In this document: piece by piece, positions 1 to 9,044 of the stretch
How positions within the stretch are numbered: the stretch's first letter is position 1
How the letters are laid out: every line of letters starts with the position of its first letter
NCBI GenBank assembly: GCA_965223845.1
Contig: CBDCXR010000004.1
Span: 4,352,001-4,416,000, forward strand
Source of the DNA: Planctomycetota bacterium
GTDB taxonomy: Bacteria; Planctomycetota; UBA8108; SXIK01
Direction: 5' to 3'
DNA: 64,000 nt
The notes under the pieces: model-generated
Database searches by the model: none
Told to the model about the DNA's origin: nothing
Seen by the model: only the letters and a program-made list of their open reading frames with translations
Translations under genes and position numbers: made by a program

Positions 1-2172
1 GTTACGAAAGGATCGGTCATCTGGGGCACGGAGCCCCACGGCGATGCGAGCCGCTTCGAAGCGAAACTCGACGACGCCGGTCGATTCCAGACGAAACCGC
101 TGCTTCTCGGGGAACACCCCTTCACCATCATCGCCCCCGGGTTTCGACCGGAGCGACGTACGTTAAGTGTCTCGCGCACGATGGAAGACGTCCGGATGCA
201 ACTCGTGCCCGGGAAGCGTCTCGCGATCAAAGTCGTCGATACCGAAGGACAACCGGTGCCGGGGGCTCGGGTGTTCGTGGGGAGCTGGCGAGGGGTCGAG
301 CCGCCGTTCCGCGGCGGAGGGTCGAGCATCCTCCAATCTCGAGTGCCCGGATCGGGCGGCGACGACGGCGTTTACCGGTGGGACTGGGCTCCGCCGGACG
401 CCGTGACGTACGTGATTTCGGCCAGAGGTTACGCCTCGGTCACGGCCACGTTGATCCCGACGAAGGAAGGGCATGTCGTCACGCTGCCACCAGAGCTCGT
501 CGCCTCCGGGCGGGTAACCGATGCGAAAACCGGCGAACCGATCGAGCACTTCCGGGTGATTCCGGTGACCGAGTACCGGCCTAAGTTTCTCAACACACGG
601 TTCCCGGACACCCTCATGGGCAGTGAGGGAAGCTACCGGATTCGGCTCGTTCAGCCCGGGCAACGAAACTATCGCTACCGAGTTCGCATCGAAGCCGATG
701 GATATCGATCCTTCGTGAGTCCAACCTCTTACGGCGAACAAGACGGTCACGTGGCCTGCGACGTGGCCCTCGAGCCGGCGCCGGCCCGTGAAGGACGAGT
801 CGTCGATCAAGAGGGCAAGGCGGTAGCCGACGCGACGGTAGTGTTGGCATCGCCCACGATGTTGCCGGCGATGAACAACCTGCAGGTCGACCGGGGTGGA
901 CCGCTCGTTCGCTCCTCGCCAGGCGGGAAGTTCTCCTTCGCGGCGACCGCTGAACCCGTTCGAATCCGCGTCATCCACGAGAAGGGGTTCGCGGACGTCC
1001 GGCGAGAGCCGGGTGACCCCGCCGGGACCATCGCGCTTCAGAGCTGGGCCAGGGTCTCGGGACGTCTCGTCCAGGACGGGCATCCCGTCCGAGATCAGAT
1101 GGTCTACTTTCACGTGCTGCCGCGGGGAGAGCTCGGGGAACCCCGATTCCAAGAGACCTACACCGCAACGACGAACGCGGAGGGACGATTCGACTTCGCG
1201 CGGTTGCCGCCGATCAGCGGAAACGTCCGCGCCTACCTCGGACCGTGGCAGGATTCACCACTCACCTCCAGTCGGTCCCTCCCTCTCTCACTCCGACCCG
1301 GTGAGCATCGAGAGCTGGTACTCGGCGGCGAGGGCGTTTCCATCACCGGCCAGGTCGTCGCGACCGGACGTGAGGCCCACCTCAATCGCAACTGGTCGCT
1401 CAATTACTTGATCAGCCGAGATCGCGAGATCCCCGCGCCGAAGGGGATGCCGCGCACGAGCTTCGACCCATCACAGCCGGTCCAGACCTCGTGGTTTCTC
1501 GACCCGAACCACCACGAATGGCTCCGGACGCGCGAGAACTACTTCGTGAAGCTCACTCCCGATGGTGAGTTCACGATCAGCGGTGTACGCCCGGGGCGGT
1601 ACGACCTCATCTTTCAGCTTTACGAACAACCCGCGGGATGTCTCGTGGAGTCGGTCGGAGCCCGCGTGATCGCGGTCGAGGTGACCGAACGAGATGAAGC
1701 CGCCGGTGTGAAGCCACTCGGGACCATCGAAGTGGCGTGCCGCGCCGGCCCGAGACCGGGTGAAGACATGCGGGTGTACCGATTCGACGACTCCACGGGT
1801 CGCGAGCGGACGATCGGCGACATGACCGGACGTTTCGTGGTTCTCCACGCCTGGGCGAGTTGGTGCGCGCCGTGCCTAACGAGTCTGCCGGACATCAAGG
1901 CGACTCACGACCGACTGTCCGGCCGGCCGGTCACGTTCGTCGGACTCAACCTCGACAAGAATGCTGCCGACGGGAAGGCACTCGCCCGACAAGGCGGTTG
2001 GAACTGGTCTCAGAACTATCTCGGCGACGAATCCGACATGGCTCGCCAGCTCGCGATCAGCTCACTGCCAACCTACTTCTTGATCGGAACGGACGGAACG
2101 TTGATCACCGCGGCGAACGATTGGAAGGAGATCGAGGCCCGGCTCGAGTCCGAGCTCGACATCAGCAAATGA
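1..2172 (+). CDS. Partial (5' truncated) protein with carboxypeptidase-regulatory-like repeats and a C-terminal TlpA-like thioredoxin domain
   Basis: Frame is open from base 1. Repeated 'GRVVD..G.PV..A.V' beta-sandwich motifs; C-terminal LHAWASWCAPC...LPTYFLIGTDG. Confidence 0.8.
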   Translation, partial: VTKGSVIWGTEPHGDASRFEAKLDDAGRFQTKPLLLGEHPFTIIAPGFRPERRTLSVSRTMEDVRMQLVPGKRLAIKVVDTEGQPVPGARVFVGSWRGVEPPFRGGGSSILQSRVPGSGGDDGVYRWDWAPPDAVTYVISARGYASVTATLIPTKEGHVVTLPPELVASGRVTDAKTGEPIEHFRVIPVTEYRPKFLNTRFPDTLMGSEGSYRIRLVQPGQRNYRYRVRIEADGYRSFVSPTSYGEQDGHVACDVALEPAPAREGRVVDQEGKAVADATVVLASPTMLPAMNNLQVDRGGPLVRSSPGGKFSFAATAEPVRIRVIHEKGFADVRREPGDPAGTIALQSWARVSGRLVQDGHPVRDQMVYFHVLPRGELGEPRFQETYTATTNAEGRFDFARLPPISGNVRAYLGPWQDSPLTSSRSLPLSLRPGEHRELVLGGEGVSITGQVVATGREAHLNRNWSLNYLISRDREIPAPKGMPRTSFDPSQPVQTSWFLDPNHHEWLRTRENYFVKLTPDGEFTISGVRPGRYDLIFQLYEQPAGCLVESVGARVIAVEVTERDEAAGVKPLGTIEVACRAGPRPGEDMRVYRFDDSTGRERTIGDMTGRFVVLHAWASWCAPCLTSLPDIKATHDRLSGRPVTFVGLNLDKNAADGKALARQGGWNWSQNYLGDESDMARQLAISSLPTYFLIGTDGTLITAANDWKEIEARLESELDISK

Positions 2173-2217
2173 CGATTCTTCGCCACCCCGCTCGACGAGA
2201 CGGATCGAACGCCGTGC

Positions 2218-2451
2218 TCAAACCGCCCCGATTTCGACGTCGGCTTCGATTGGGTAGAGCTCGTCGAGCACGTTCTGAATCTGCTCTGCAGTGATGTACC
2301 CCTTCTCGAGCAGCATCTGACCGAGGAGCTTCACCTCCCCGCCGGCTTCTCGTTCGGCCGCCTGCTCGATGAGAGCTTCGGCGAGTTGCGACGCGCTGAC
2401 GAATTCCCTCTTCAGGGCGACTTCCCCGAAGAATCGATACCGGTCTCCCAT
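2218..2451 (-). CDS. Small stand-alone MshEN-like (GspE/MshE N-terminal) domain protein
   Basis: Tandem motifs FFGEVALKREFVSASQLAEALIEQ and LLGQMLLEKGYITAEQIQNVL; AAAGGA upstream of the ATG. Confidence 0.65.
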   Translation of the reverse strand: MGDRYRFFGEVALKREFVSASQLAEALIEQAAEREAGGEVKLLGQMLLEKGYITAEQIQNVLDELYPIEADVEIGAV

Positions 2452-2838
2452 GATTCCTTTCTCCTTCGTTCATTCCCGGGCGAGAAGCGATCGAACGATC
2501 CGCACCGGTGCGGCGGACTCGATCGACTCCCGCTCGAATTCCACAAACTGCTCGGCTCGCGATGCTCCTCCGAGCTCCCAAGCGAAACAAGCGAGTGTCC
2601 AAGGCGTTGACGATTCGTCGCTGGACGGGCCGTCTCGTTGCGCTCGAGCTTTCCCCTTCACCCACGATCAGCTCGGGCCCTTCGATTCTCGTTGCCGTGG
2701 AATCGAAGCGCGCTCGCCGCGGAGCGCGGCTGTCTCTTCGTTCCCCGGCGGAGCTCGATCGGCCCTCGCCGAAGGGTCTGCCGCAAGCGGTGTGCCGAAG
2801 CGATCGGAGGCACCGTAGAGTTCGGCCGCCGCCCGTAC

Positions 2839-5508
2839 TTATCGGACGGACGGAGTACTTCCCGACTGCCTCCCCGTCGCGGTCGGTACGACTTCCCGCG
2901 ACCGCGCGGAGATACCGGCGACATCGTTAAGGTGGCAGCGCAGGCCGATCGCGCTCAGTACGCGACCGTGCGGAAGGCGGACCTTTCGCTCGAGCCCGCC
3001 GCGCGGCTCGACTCCGGCGCGAAACTCCTTCTCCTCGCCGAGCGTTCCGTCCGCGCTGAGCGGTCGTCCCCAAACGGCGAGGGTCTTCACGTCCCATTCG
3101 GGAGCGATCCGCGCGCCGAAGCCGGTCGCGACGAAGCCGTCCGGGAGATCGATCGCCGCTTCGAGCCCGGCATCCGTCTCCCAGCCGCCGACGAGGAACT
3201 CGCTCTCGCCGAGAGTCCCGTCGGACGACACCGGCGCGACGCGGAGCCGGAGCGTCGTCACGTTGTCCCTCGCGGCGCGCGCGCCGATTCCGGTGATCAC
3301 GAATCCGGGTGGAGCCGAAAGAGATGCCTCGACGCGATCGCTCGCATCGGCGCGTTCGTGCGCCAGCGCGAGAGCGCGTCCCGTTCGCTGGCCGACGAGC
3401 GTCGTTCCGGCCGACGGCGAACGTTCCGACGCGCCAAGATCGAAGACGCGAACGTTGTCGACGAACGCGCTGGCGCGGTCGAGATCGCGCCAACGAAAGA
3501 AATCGACGCCGATCGTCGCCTCGTCTCCCGCCGCGCGGAACGTGTGCTCGAAGCGAAGCCACCGGCCATCCGTCCAGTACCACTGCGTCCCGTTCGCGTC
3601 GCCGTTCTCCTCGCCCGCGCGGGGATCGGCCCAGAGTCGCACGCGCGTGTCTCCTCGCGGACCGTTCCGAACCGAAGTGTGCGCGCGTACGGACACGAGA
3701 TACACGTGACCGGACTCGGTCGGGATCCGCCGGAAGAGCGAGCTCTCCGCGAAGACTTGCTCGCGCTTCTTTCCGGCCGCGATCGACCAGCCGGCCATCT
3801 TCTTTCCCTCCCACTGCGATATGCGTTCAGCGCCTTCGCCCTGCTCGACCAGGCTCGCGATGGCGTCCGGGCCGGAAGTCATCCAACCTTCAAGCCCGTC
3901 CTCGAAGCCCGCGTTCTCGATCGGCACGGTGCGCGCGAAACGAATCACATTTCGGTGGCTCGGCTGCGCCGGCACCGGCGGCGCGAGTGGGAGAAGAATC
4001 GCCGGGTGATCGGGATAGAGAGGCGGCGGGGGCGGTGGATGCGGACCTCCAGGAGGACGGAGGCGGTAGACCGGCGTCCTCCACTCGGCACCGCCCGCTG
4101 AACGGGCGACGAGCCGAAGATCATGATCGTGACCGCGCCAGAGGTCATCGAAGACGATCTCGCTTTCGCCGATCGGTAGCTCGGCGGTGCGCACTTCGCG
4201 CGGACTGAGCCGTGTGAGCTCGACGGCGACGGTCGCGGGGGCCGTGGTTCCCCAACGAAGCCGGAGATCGCTCTTCTTTTCGTAGCTCGCGCGCAAGTTG
4301 TAGATCGCGGGTCCGGCCGCGTCTGGAATCTCACCGTAGATCCATGCGCGGACGTCGTGCCGCTGAACCTCCGTTTCGCTCGGTGCGGGGATCGAGCCCT
4401 TGTGCGGGATCGTGAACACCTCGAGGCGATACTCGCCGCCGGTCTCGACATCGAGCTCGCCCGAACCGAACAGGAACTGCGCCCGGCGTGTCGTCCCCGG
4501 AGTCGTGCACGCAACGTTCCACTTCGGTCCGGCGAGAAGCCTCGGGACGGGATCGGTCGACCAAACCCGAGCGACGACGTCTCGGCACTTCTCGGGAGCC
4601 GGCGACAGCTTCGCGTCGATGAGACGAACGCTCGGAGCGCGCGAGACAAAGGAAACCCCCGCCGCCCCGTGCACCCAGCCTTCCTCGTCGGCGTCGAGGA
4701 CGAGCGCGCGTGTCACCTCGGGCGGCTCTTCGACGATCCACGCGCCGAGATCGCTGCCGGCGACGCGTCGGCCATCGACGAAGAGTTCACCGCGGGCGTA
4801 GGCGTCGCCCGTCGCGTGCAGGTAGGGACGCCACGGTTCGCCATCTTCGCGGCGAAGAGCTATCGCGTACGTGGCTCCGGGAACGAGAGGCACATCTCCC
4901 GCACGCCAGCGACACCACCCCCACTCGGTCGAGTACCCGCCGCGAAACCGGCGCACGCTGCCGACGCGCTTCCCCGAAGGTCCGCCCGCGCGCACTTCCG
5001 CGAAAAAGCGCCCCGGGCGCGTCGCCACGAGCAAAGTGAAGCTGACGAGCTCGCGACCAGTCGCGCTGAACGTCTGCACGAACTCCCGTCCGGTGGCCCC
5101 CCAGACGCACGCATCGGGAGCGTAGACGTGGTCGATGAGAACGTCTCCGGCGTTGATCACTCCCGACTCGACGGCGGCTCCGAGAACGAACCGCGGAAAG
5201 AACGCGTAGGTCTCCGCAAACGTGTACGAAATCCGTCCCTGGCGAAAGGGATACTCGGTGTAGCCGCTCGTCGCCATCCCGGTCGACGACGTCTTCGGCG
5301 TTCCGTCGATGATGCACACGGTCCGCGTCCGCGGATAGAGAGGCGCGTTTCGCTCCGCATCGAGCATGCGGTAGAAGAGAACTTCCCCCGAGCGCTTCTC
5401 CTCGGCGGCGAGCGGCAACGCGTAAACGAGCGTCGATGCGAGGATCGCGATCCATGCTCGCGCGCGCGAGTGGTGGAGAGGAGAGAGGACCGAAGTCGCG
5501 AGAGACAT
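2839..5508 (-). CDS. Secreted multidomain hypothetical protein with a CBM-like jelly-roll and a C-terminal three-repeat (jacalin-like beta-prism) domain
   Basis: 889-aa ORF with signal peptide (ALPLAA), Pro-rich linker, IENAGFEDGLEGW, and three P.G.V.TG.G.R repeats; GAGG RBS. Confidence 0.65.
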   Translation of the reverse strand: MSLATSVLSPLHHSRARAWIAILASTLVYALPLAAEEKRSGEVLFYRMLDAERNAPLYPRTRTVCIIDGTPKTSSTGMATSGYTEYPFRQGRISYTFAETYAFFPRFVLGAAVESGVINAGDVLIDHVYAPDACVWGATGREFVQTFSATGRELVSFTLLVATRPGRFFAEVRAGGPSGKRVGSVRRFRGGYSTEWGWCRWRAGDVPLVPGATYAIALRREDGEPWRPYLHATGDAYARGELFVDGRRVAGSDLGAWIVEEPPEVTRALVLDADEEGWVHGAAGVSFVSRAPSVRLIDAKLSPAPEKCRDVVARVWSTDPVPRLLAGPKWNVACTTPGTTRRAQFLFGSGELDVETGGEYRLEVFTIPHKGSIPAPSETEVQRHDVRAWIYGEIPDAAGPAIYNLRASYEKKSDLRLRWGTTAPATVAVELTRLSPREVRTAELPIGESEIVFDDLWRGHDHDLRLVARSAGGAEWRTPVYRLRPPGGPHPPPPPPLYPDHPAILLPLAPPVPAQPSHRNVIRFARTVPIENAGFEDGLEGWMTSGPDAIASLVEQGEGAERISQWEGKKMAGWSIAAGKKREQVFAESSLFRRIPTESGHVYLVSVRAHTSVRNGPRGDTRVRLWADPRAGEENGDANGTQWYWTDGRWLRFEHTFRAAGDEATIGVDFFRWRDLDRASAFVDNVRVFDLGASERSPSAGTTLVGQRTGRALALAHERADASDRVEASLSAPPGFVITGIGARAARDNVTTLRLRVAPVSSDGTLGESEFLVGGWETDAGLEAAIDLPDGFVATGFGARIAPEWDVKTLAVWGRPLSADGTLGEEKEFRAGVEPRGGLERKVRLPHGRVLSAIGLRCHLNDVAGISARSREVVPTATGRQSGSTPSVR

Positions 5509-5724
5509 GATCTACCTCGGGGTCGAGCGGGGAAGGGGAGCCAGCGCAGCGTGCGAGCCGAGGCGCCGCCCGACGCTGATTCTCCGGTCGAGCGCGCGAC
5601 GGTCAAGCAGTTCCGCTGCCCGAGCGCACCGAGCACGGATTGCGTTTTGGGCCGCGGCCCCGTATCTCTCGAGACATCGTCTCGCGTCTCACACGGTCGC
5701 CGTCCGCCGCACTCAGTCAGGCAC

Positions 5725-7254
5725 ATGTCGCAATTGGAGAGAACGGCTCGAGCGAGCGCTTGGCGGTCGCCCGCCACGTGGGCGAGCGTGATCATCGCGA
5801 TCGGCGTCGTGCTGCGTGTACGGCAGTACCTCGCGAACCGCTCACTCTGGCTCGACGAGCTATGGCTCGCCAACAGCATTCTCTCGAGCGGATTCGCGGA
5901 GCTCGCCGAGCCGCTACCGAACGCCCAGACCGCGCCCGTCGGGTTTCTCTGGATCGTGAAGGGACTCACCGTCGCCTTCGGTTCGAGCGAGACCGTGCTC
6001 CGGCTCGTGCCGCTCGTCGCGGGGTCGGTCCTCCTCCCTCTCGTCTACATCGGCGCAAGCCCCCTCGCAGGTCGCGGTGTCGCTGCGATGGCAGTCGCGC
6101 TCCTCGCGTTCGAGAAGAGACATCTCAACTGGTCGCTCGAGCTGAAGCCGTACGCACTCGACGCGGTCGTCGCGTTCGCGCTCGTCCTTCTCTTCGTCCG
6201 TGCCGTGAAGCTGAGGTTCAGTGCGACCGCGACCGGCGCGCTCGTCGCCGGCGGGATCTTCGCGCTCTTCGTCTCGCATCCGGCAGTGATCATCCTCGCC
6301 GCCGGAATCGCGGGCGCCGCCGTCGCTACGCGCGACCGGCCGAGCACGACGTGGCCGAAGCTCGCGCTCGCGAGCGCGGTGTGGGCGGCGTGCTTCTCGC
6401 TTCAGTACTGGCTACTTCTACGCGACCAGATCGGGAACGGCGGCAATCAGGAATTCTGGCGCGATCACTTCCCACCCGCTCCGTTCGAATGGCCGAGCGA
6501 TCTCGCGTGGTTTCCGCTCGCCGTTCGCGACATCTTTCGTTCGACGATCAAGACGGGGCTACCCGAGATTTCTCTCGCGCTCTTCGTCGTCGGCGTCGGC
6601 GCACTCGCGCGCACGCAGCGCCTCGGGTCTATCTTCCTCGTCGCTCCCGTTCTCTTCGGTCTCGCCGCGGCGTCCCTTCGGCAGTATCCGTTCGGCGGTC
6701 GCCTCCTCACCTACTTCGCCCCCCTCGCGGGACTCGGCATCGCCGTGGGAGTCGGGTGGATCGGCTCGAGGACTCCTCGCTGGCCGCGCTTGCTCGCCGC
6801 GATCCTATTCGTCGCGGCGATGGCAGAAAACACCGCCGGTGCCGCGGCGCGATGCGTTCGGCCAGAGGAGAAGGAAGAGGCCCGCCCGGTGCTCGAAGCC
6901 GTCGCCACTCGATCCGAGCCGGGAGATCTCTACTACCTCGCGGTGAGCAGCGAACCGGCGTTTCGCTACTACGCAAGTCGCGCGGGGCTCGTCGACGTTC
7001 GCTCGAGCCGAGGAAGCCCGAGCCCGAACTCGTTCGAACACGAGCTCACAGAGCTCGCCGGCGAGCGCCGCGTGTGGATCTTCTTCGCGCACGGGATGCG
7101 GCTCCGCGGAGGCATCGACAACGAGAGGTCGGTGCTCGACATCGCCGATCGTCTCGGCGTCCGTCTCGACTCGGTGCGCGCGACGGGGTCGGCCGCCCAT
7201 CTCTACGATTTTCGGGCTCACTCCGCGTCAGAGGCTGCGGAGAAACGCGAGTAG
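5725..7254 (+). CDS. ArnT/PMT-like (GT-C fold) membrane glycosyltransferase
   Basis: NRSLWLDE, LRLVPLVAG, SLELKPY, YPFGGRL motifs and many TM helices. The upstream extension in the ORF track (from 4357) is antisense shadow. Confidence 0.8.
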   Translation: MSQLERTARASAWRSPATWASVIIAIGVVLRVRQYLANRSLWLDELWLANSILSSGFAELAEPLPNAQTAPVGFLWIVKGLTVAFGSSETVLRLVPLVAGSVLLPLVYIGASPLAGRGVAAMAVALLAFEKRHLNWSLELKPYALDAVVAFALVLLFVRAVKLRFSATATGALVAGGIFALFVSHPAVIILAAGIAGAAVATRDRPSTTWPKLALASAVWAACFSLQYWLLLRDQIGNGGNQEFWRDHFPPAPFEWPSDLAWFPLAVRDIFRSTIKTGLPEISLALFVVGVGALARTQRLGSIFLVAPVLFGLAAASLRQYPFGGRLLTYFAPLAGLGIAVGVGWIGSRTPRWPRLLAAILFVAAMAENTAGAAARCVRPEEKEEARPVLEAVATRSEPGDLYYLAVSSEPAFRYYASRAGLVDVRSSRGSPSPNSFEHELTELAGERRVWIFFAHGMRLRGGIDNERSVLDIADRLGVRLDSVRATGSAAHLYDFRAHSASEAAEKRE

Positions 7255-8964
7255 GTCTTCGCGCTCGGGCGCATCGAGTCGCCCCCCGATTCGATGGCGG
7301 TACTCGCCGAAGACGTCGCGGAGCGAACGCGCACGACCATCGTGCAAGAACCGCGACCGCTGTCCCGCGCCGCGGAGTGACGGGGGATTGAACTTCTTTC
7401 GGCCGGTCTCGTCTTCGAAACCGACGTCGTAGGTCGCGTGCGTCGTGTACGTCCGCGGCGCGTGGCACTCGGCGCAGCCGAGCTCGTCGAAGAGGCGTGC
7501 GCCGCGGCGAACCGCATCCGAAGCGGGCTCGATCGGGGGCGGTGGGCGAAGCGAGTGAAGATACGTCACGATGTCGCTCGCGCGCCGATCCCGAATCGCG
7601 GGTCCGCGCATAGTCGTCGCGACGCTTTGGTGCACCTGGTCCTGCAGTTCCTTCACGCCTCCGTTCCAGCCCCAAGGATCGGTGAGTCCGACTCCGAGAA
7701 GCGTCGGAATACTCTTCGGCGAGCCGTAGCCGCCATCGCCGAGCGTGTCGGCGAGGAGTCCGGCGGTGTGACCGTCCGAGTGGCAGCTGTGGCAGCTCAT
7801 ACGTTGGCCGAGAGAGAGCTCCGCGCTGAAGAAATCTCGCTCGCCGCGGTCTCGCGGGTGGTCTTCGGCTCTCGGCCCGAGCGAGATCTCGCGAGCGGCG
7901 CCCGTCTCCGACTCGACGACGTAGATGGATTCCGAATGCGTCGCAACGACGGCCACTCGACCACCGCCGACATCGACGATCCGCGTCGGCCGGTCCCCAG
8001 CGGCAACTCGCCTCGGCGCACGCTCGCCGTCGAGGAGAAGCACCTCGTCCACTCCACCGAGCGCGATCCAAGTTCGTCGATGGACGTCGACAGTGATTCC
8101 CGCGGGGTCCCCTGCGCCGCGATCGGGTTCGTCGAGAGTCCGCATCGCGGGCTCGAGCCGCGCCTTCGAATCGAGAAGACTCGCGAGGGCGATCGAGCTC
8201 AGCCCGTTCCGAATCAGCTTCCCCGAGTCGATCGCCTCCGGTGTGGTCGGTGACTCCGCGGAAAGAACCTGGTGCGTGAAGAGAAGCTCGCGGCCGTCCG
8301 GCGACAAGCCGAGCCCGCCGATATTGTGTCCGTCGATCGATCGTTCGCTCTCAACGCGCTGCGCACTCGATTCGAGGACCGCAAGCTCACCACCGAACGC
8401 TCCCGCGACGACCGCGTGACCCGACTCCGGAAGAACGAGTAGAGCGCCCGGAGCAAACGAGAGTTCGAGCTCGAAGAGCGGAGATCCCGAGCTCGAAGAA
8501 CCGAGTAGAGACTCGCGCGAATATACGGCGACCCGTCTCCCCCACCGCGACGCGACGAACACGCGATCGCGCCTCGAATCGACCGCGGCACGCCGGGAAT
8601 CCATCGCGACGGCGATTCGGCGGCGTACCGAGACGTCCGCCGAGTGTGCTTCGCCACCCGGAGCGTCGATCACGACGACTTCCGCGGTTTCGTCGTCGAG
8701 AGCGAGAAGTGACTCTGCGTCGAGCGCGACGAGGTCCGCGAGTCGCGCGGCGACCGGGACCGTCCGCACCGTCGCCATCGACTCGAGGTCGATGACAGAC
8801 AGATTCCCCGTGCGCCCTTCGGCCACGAACAGCGTCTTGCCGCGCGCGACCGCCGCGGCGGGTCGGCGTGCGACCTGCGCGGCGGTGCCGTCGGCGGAGA
8901 TCTCGAGTCCCATCCCCGAGGTGAATCCGGCGATCAAGACGAATCGAGCGAGACCGGTTCGCAT
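7228..8964 (-). CDS. YVTN-type beta-propeller fused to a di-heme cytochrome c (peroxidase-like) domain
   Basis: Two heme motifs SCHSCH and GCAECH; KSIPTLLG and FNPPSLRG..RFLHDGRA motifs. Start could be as far up as 9048. Confidence 0.8.
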   Translation of the reverse strand: MRTGLARFVLIAGFTSGMGLEISADGTAAQVARRPAAAVARGKTLFVAEGRTGNLSVIDLESMATVRTVPVAARLADLVALDAESLLALDDETAEVVVIDAPGGEAHSADVSVRRRIAVAMDSRRAAVDSRRDRVFVASRWGRRVAVYSRESLLGSSSSGSPLFELELSFAPGALLVLPESGHAVVAGAFGGELAVLESSAQRVESERSIDGHNIGGLGLSPDGRELLFTHQVLSAESPTTPEAIDSGKLIRNGLSSIALASLLDSKARLEPAMRTLDEPDRGAGDPAGITVDVHRRTWIALGGVDEVLLLDGERAPRRVAAGDRPTRIVDVGGGRVAVVATHSESIYVVESETGAAREISLGPRAEDHPRDRGERDFFSAELSLGQRMSCHSCHSDGHTAGLLADTLGDGGYGSPKSIPTLLGVGLTDPWGWNGGVKELQDQVHQSVATTMRGPAIRDRRASDIVTYLHSLRPPPPIEPASDAVRRGARLFDELGCAECHAPRTYTTHATYDVGFEDETGRKKFNPPSLRGAGQRSRFLHDGRARSLRDVFGEYRHRIGGRLDAPEREDLLAFLRSL

Positions 8965-9044
8965 CACCGCGCCCACGTCCGCTCGAGTCGTATGAGTGGG
9001 AACTCCGGTGTCGGCAACGGGGCGCGACGAACTTCTTCCGCTCT

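Noticed and set aside
4357-5724. N-terminal 456 aa of the 965-aa ORF
   Set aside because: Overlaps the minus-strand 889-aa gene; the glycosyltransferase sequence starts at ATG 5725.
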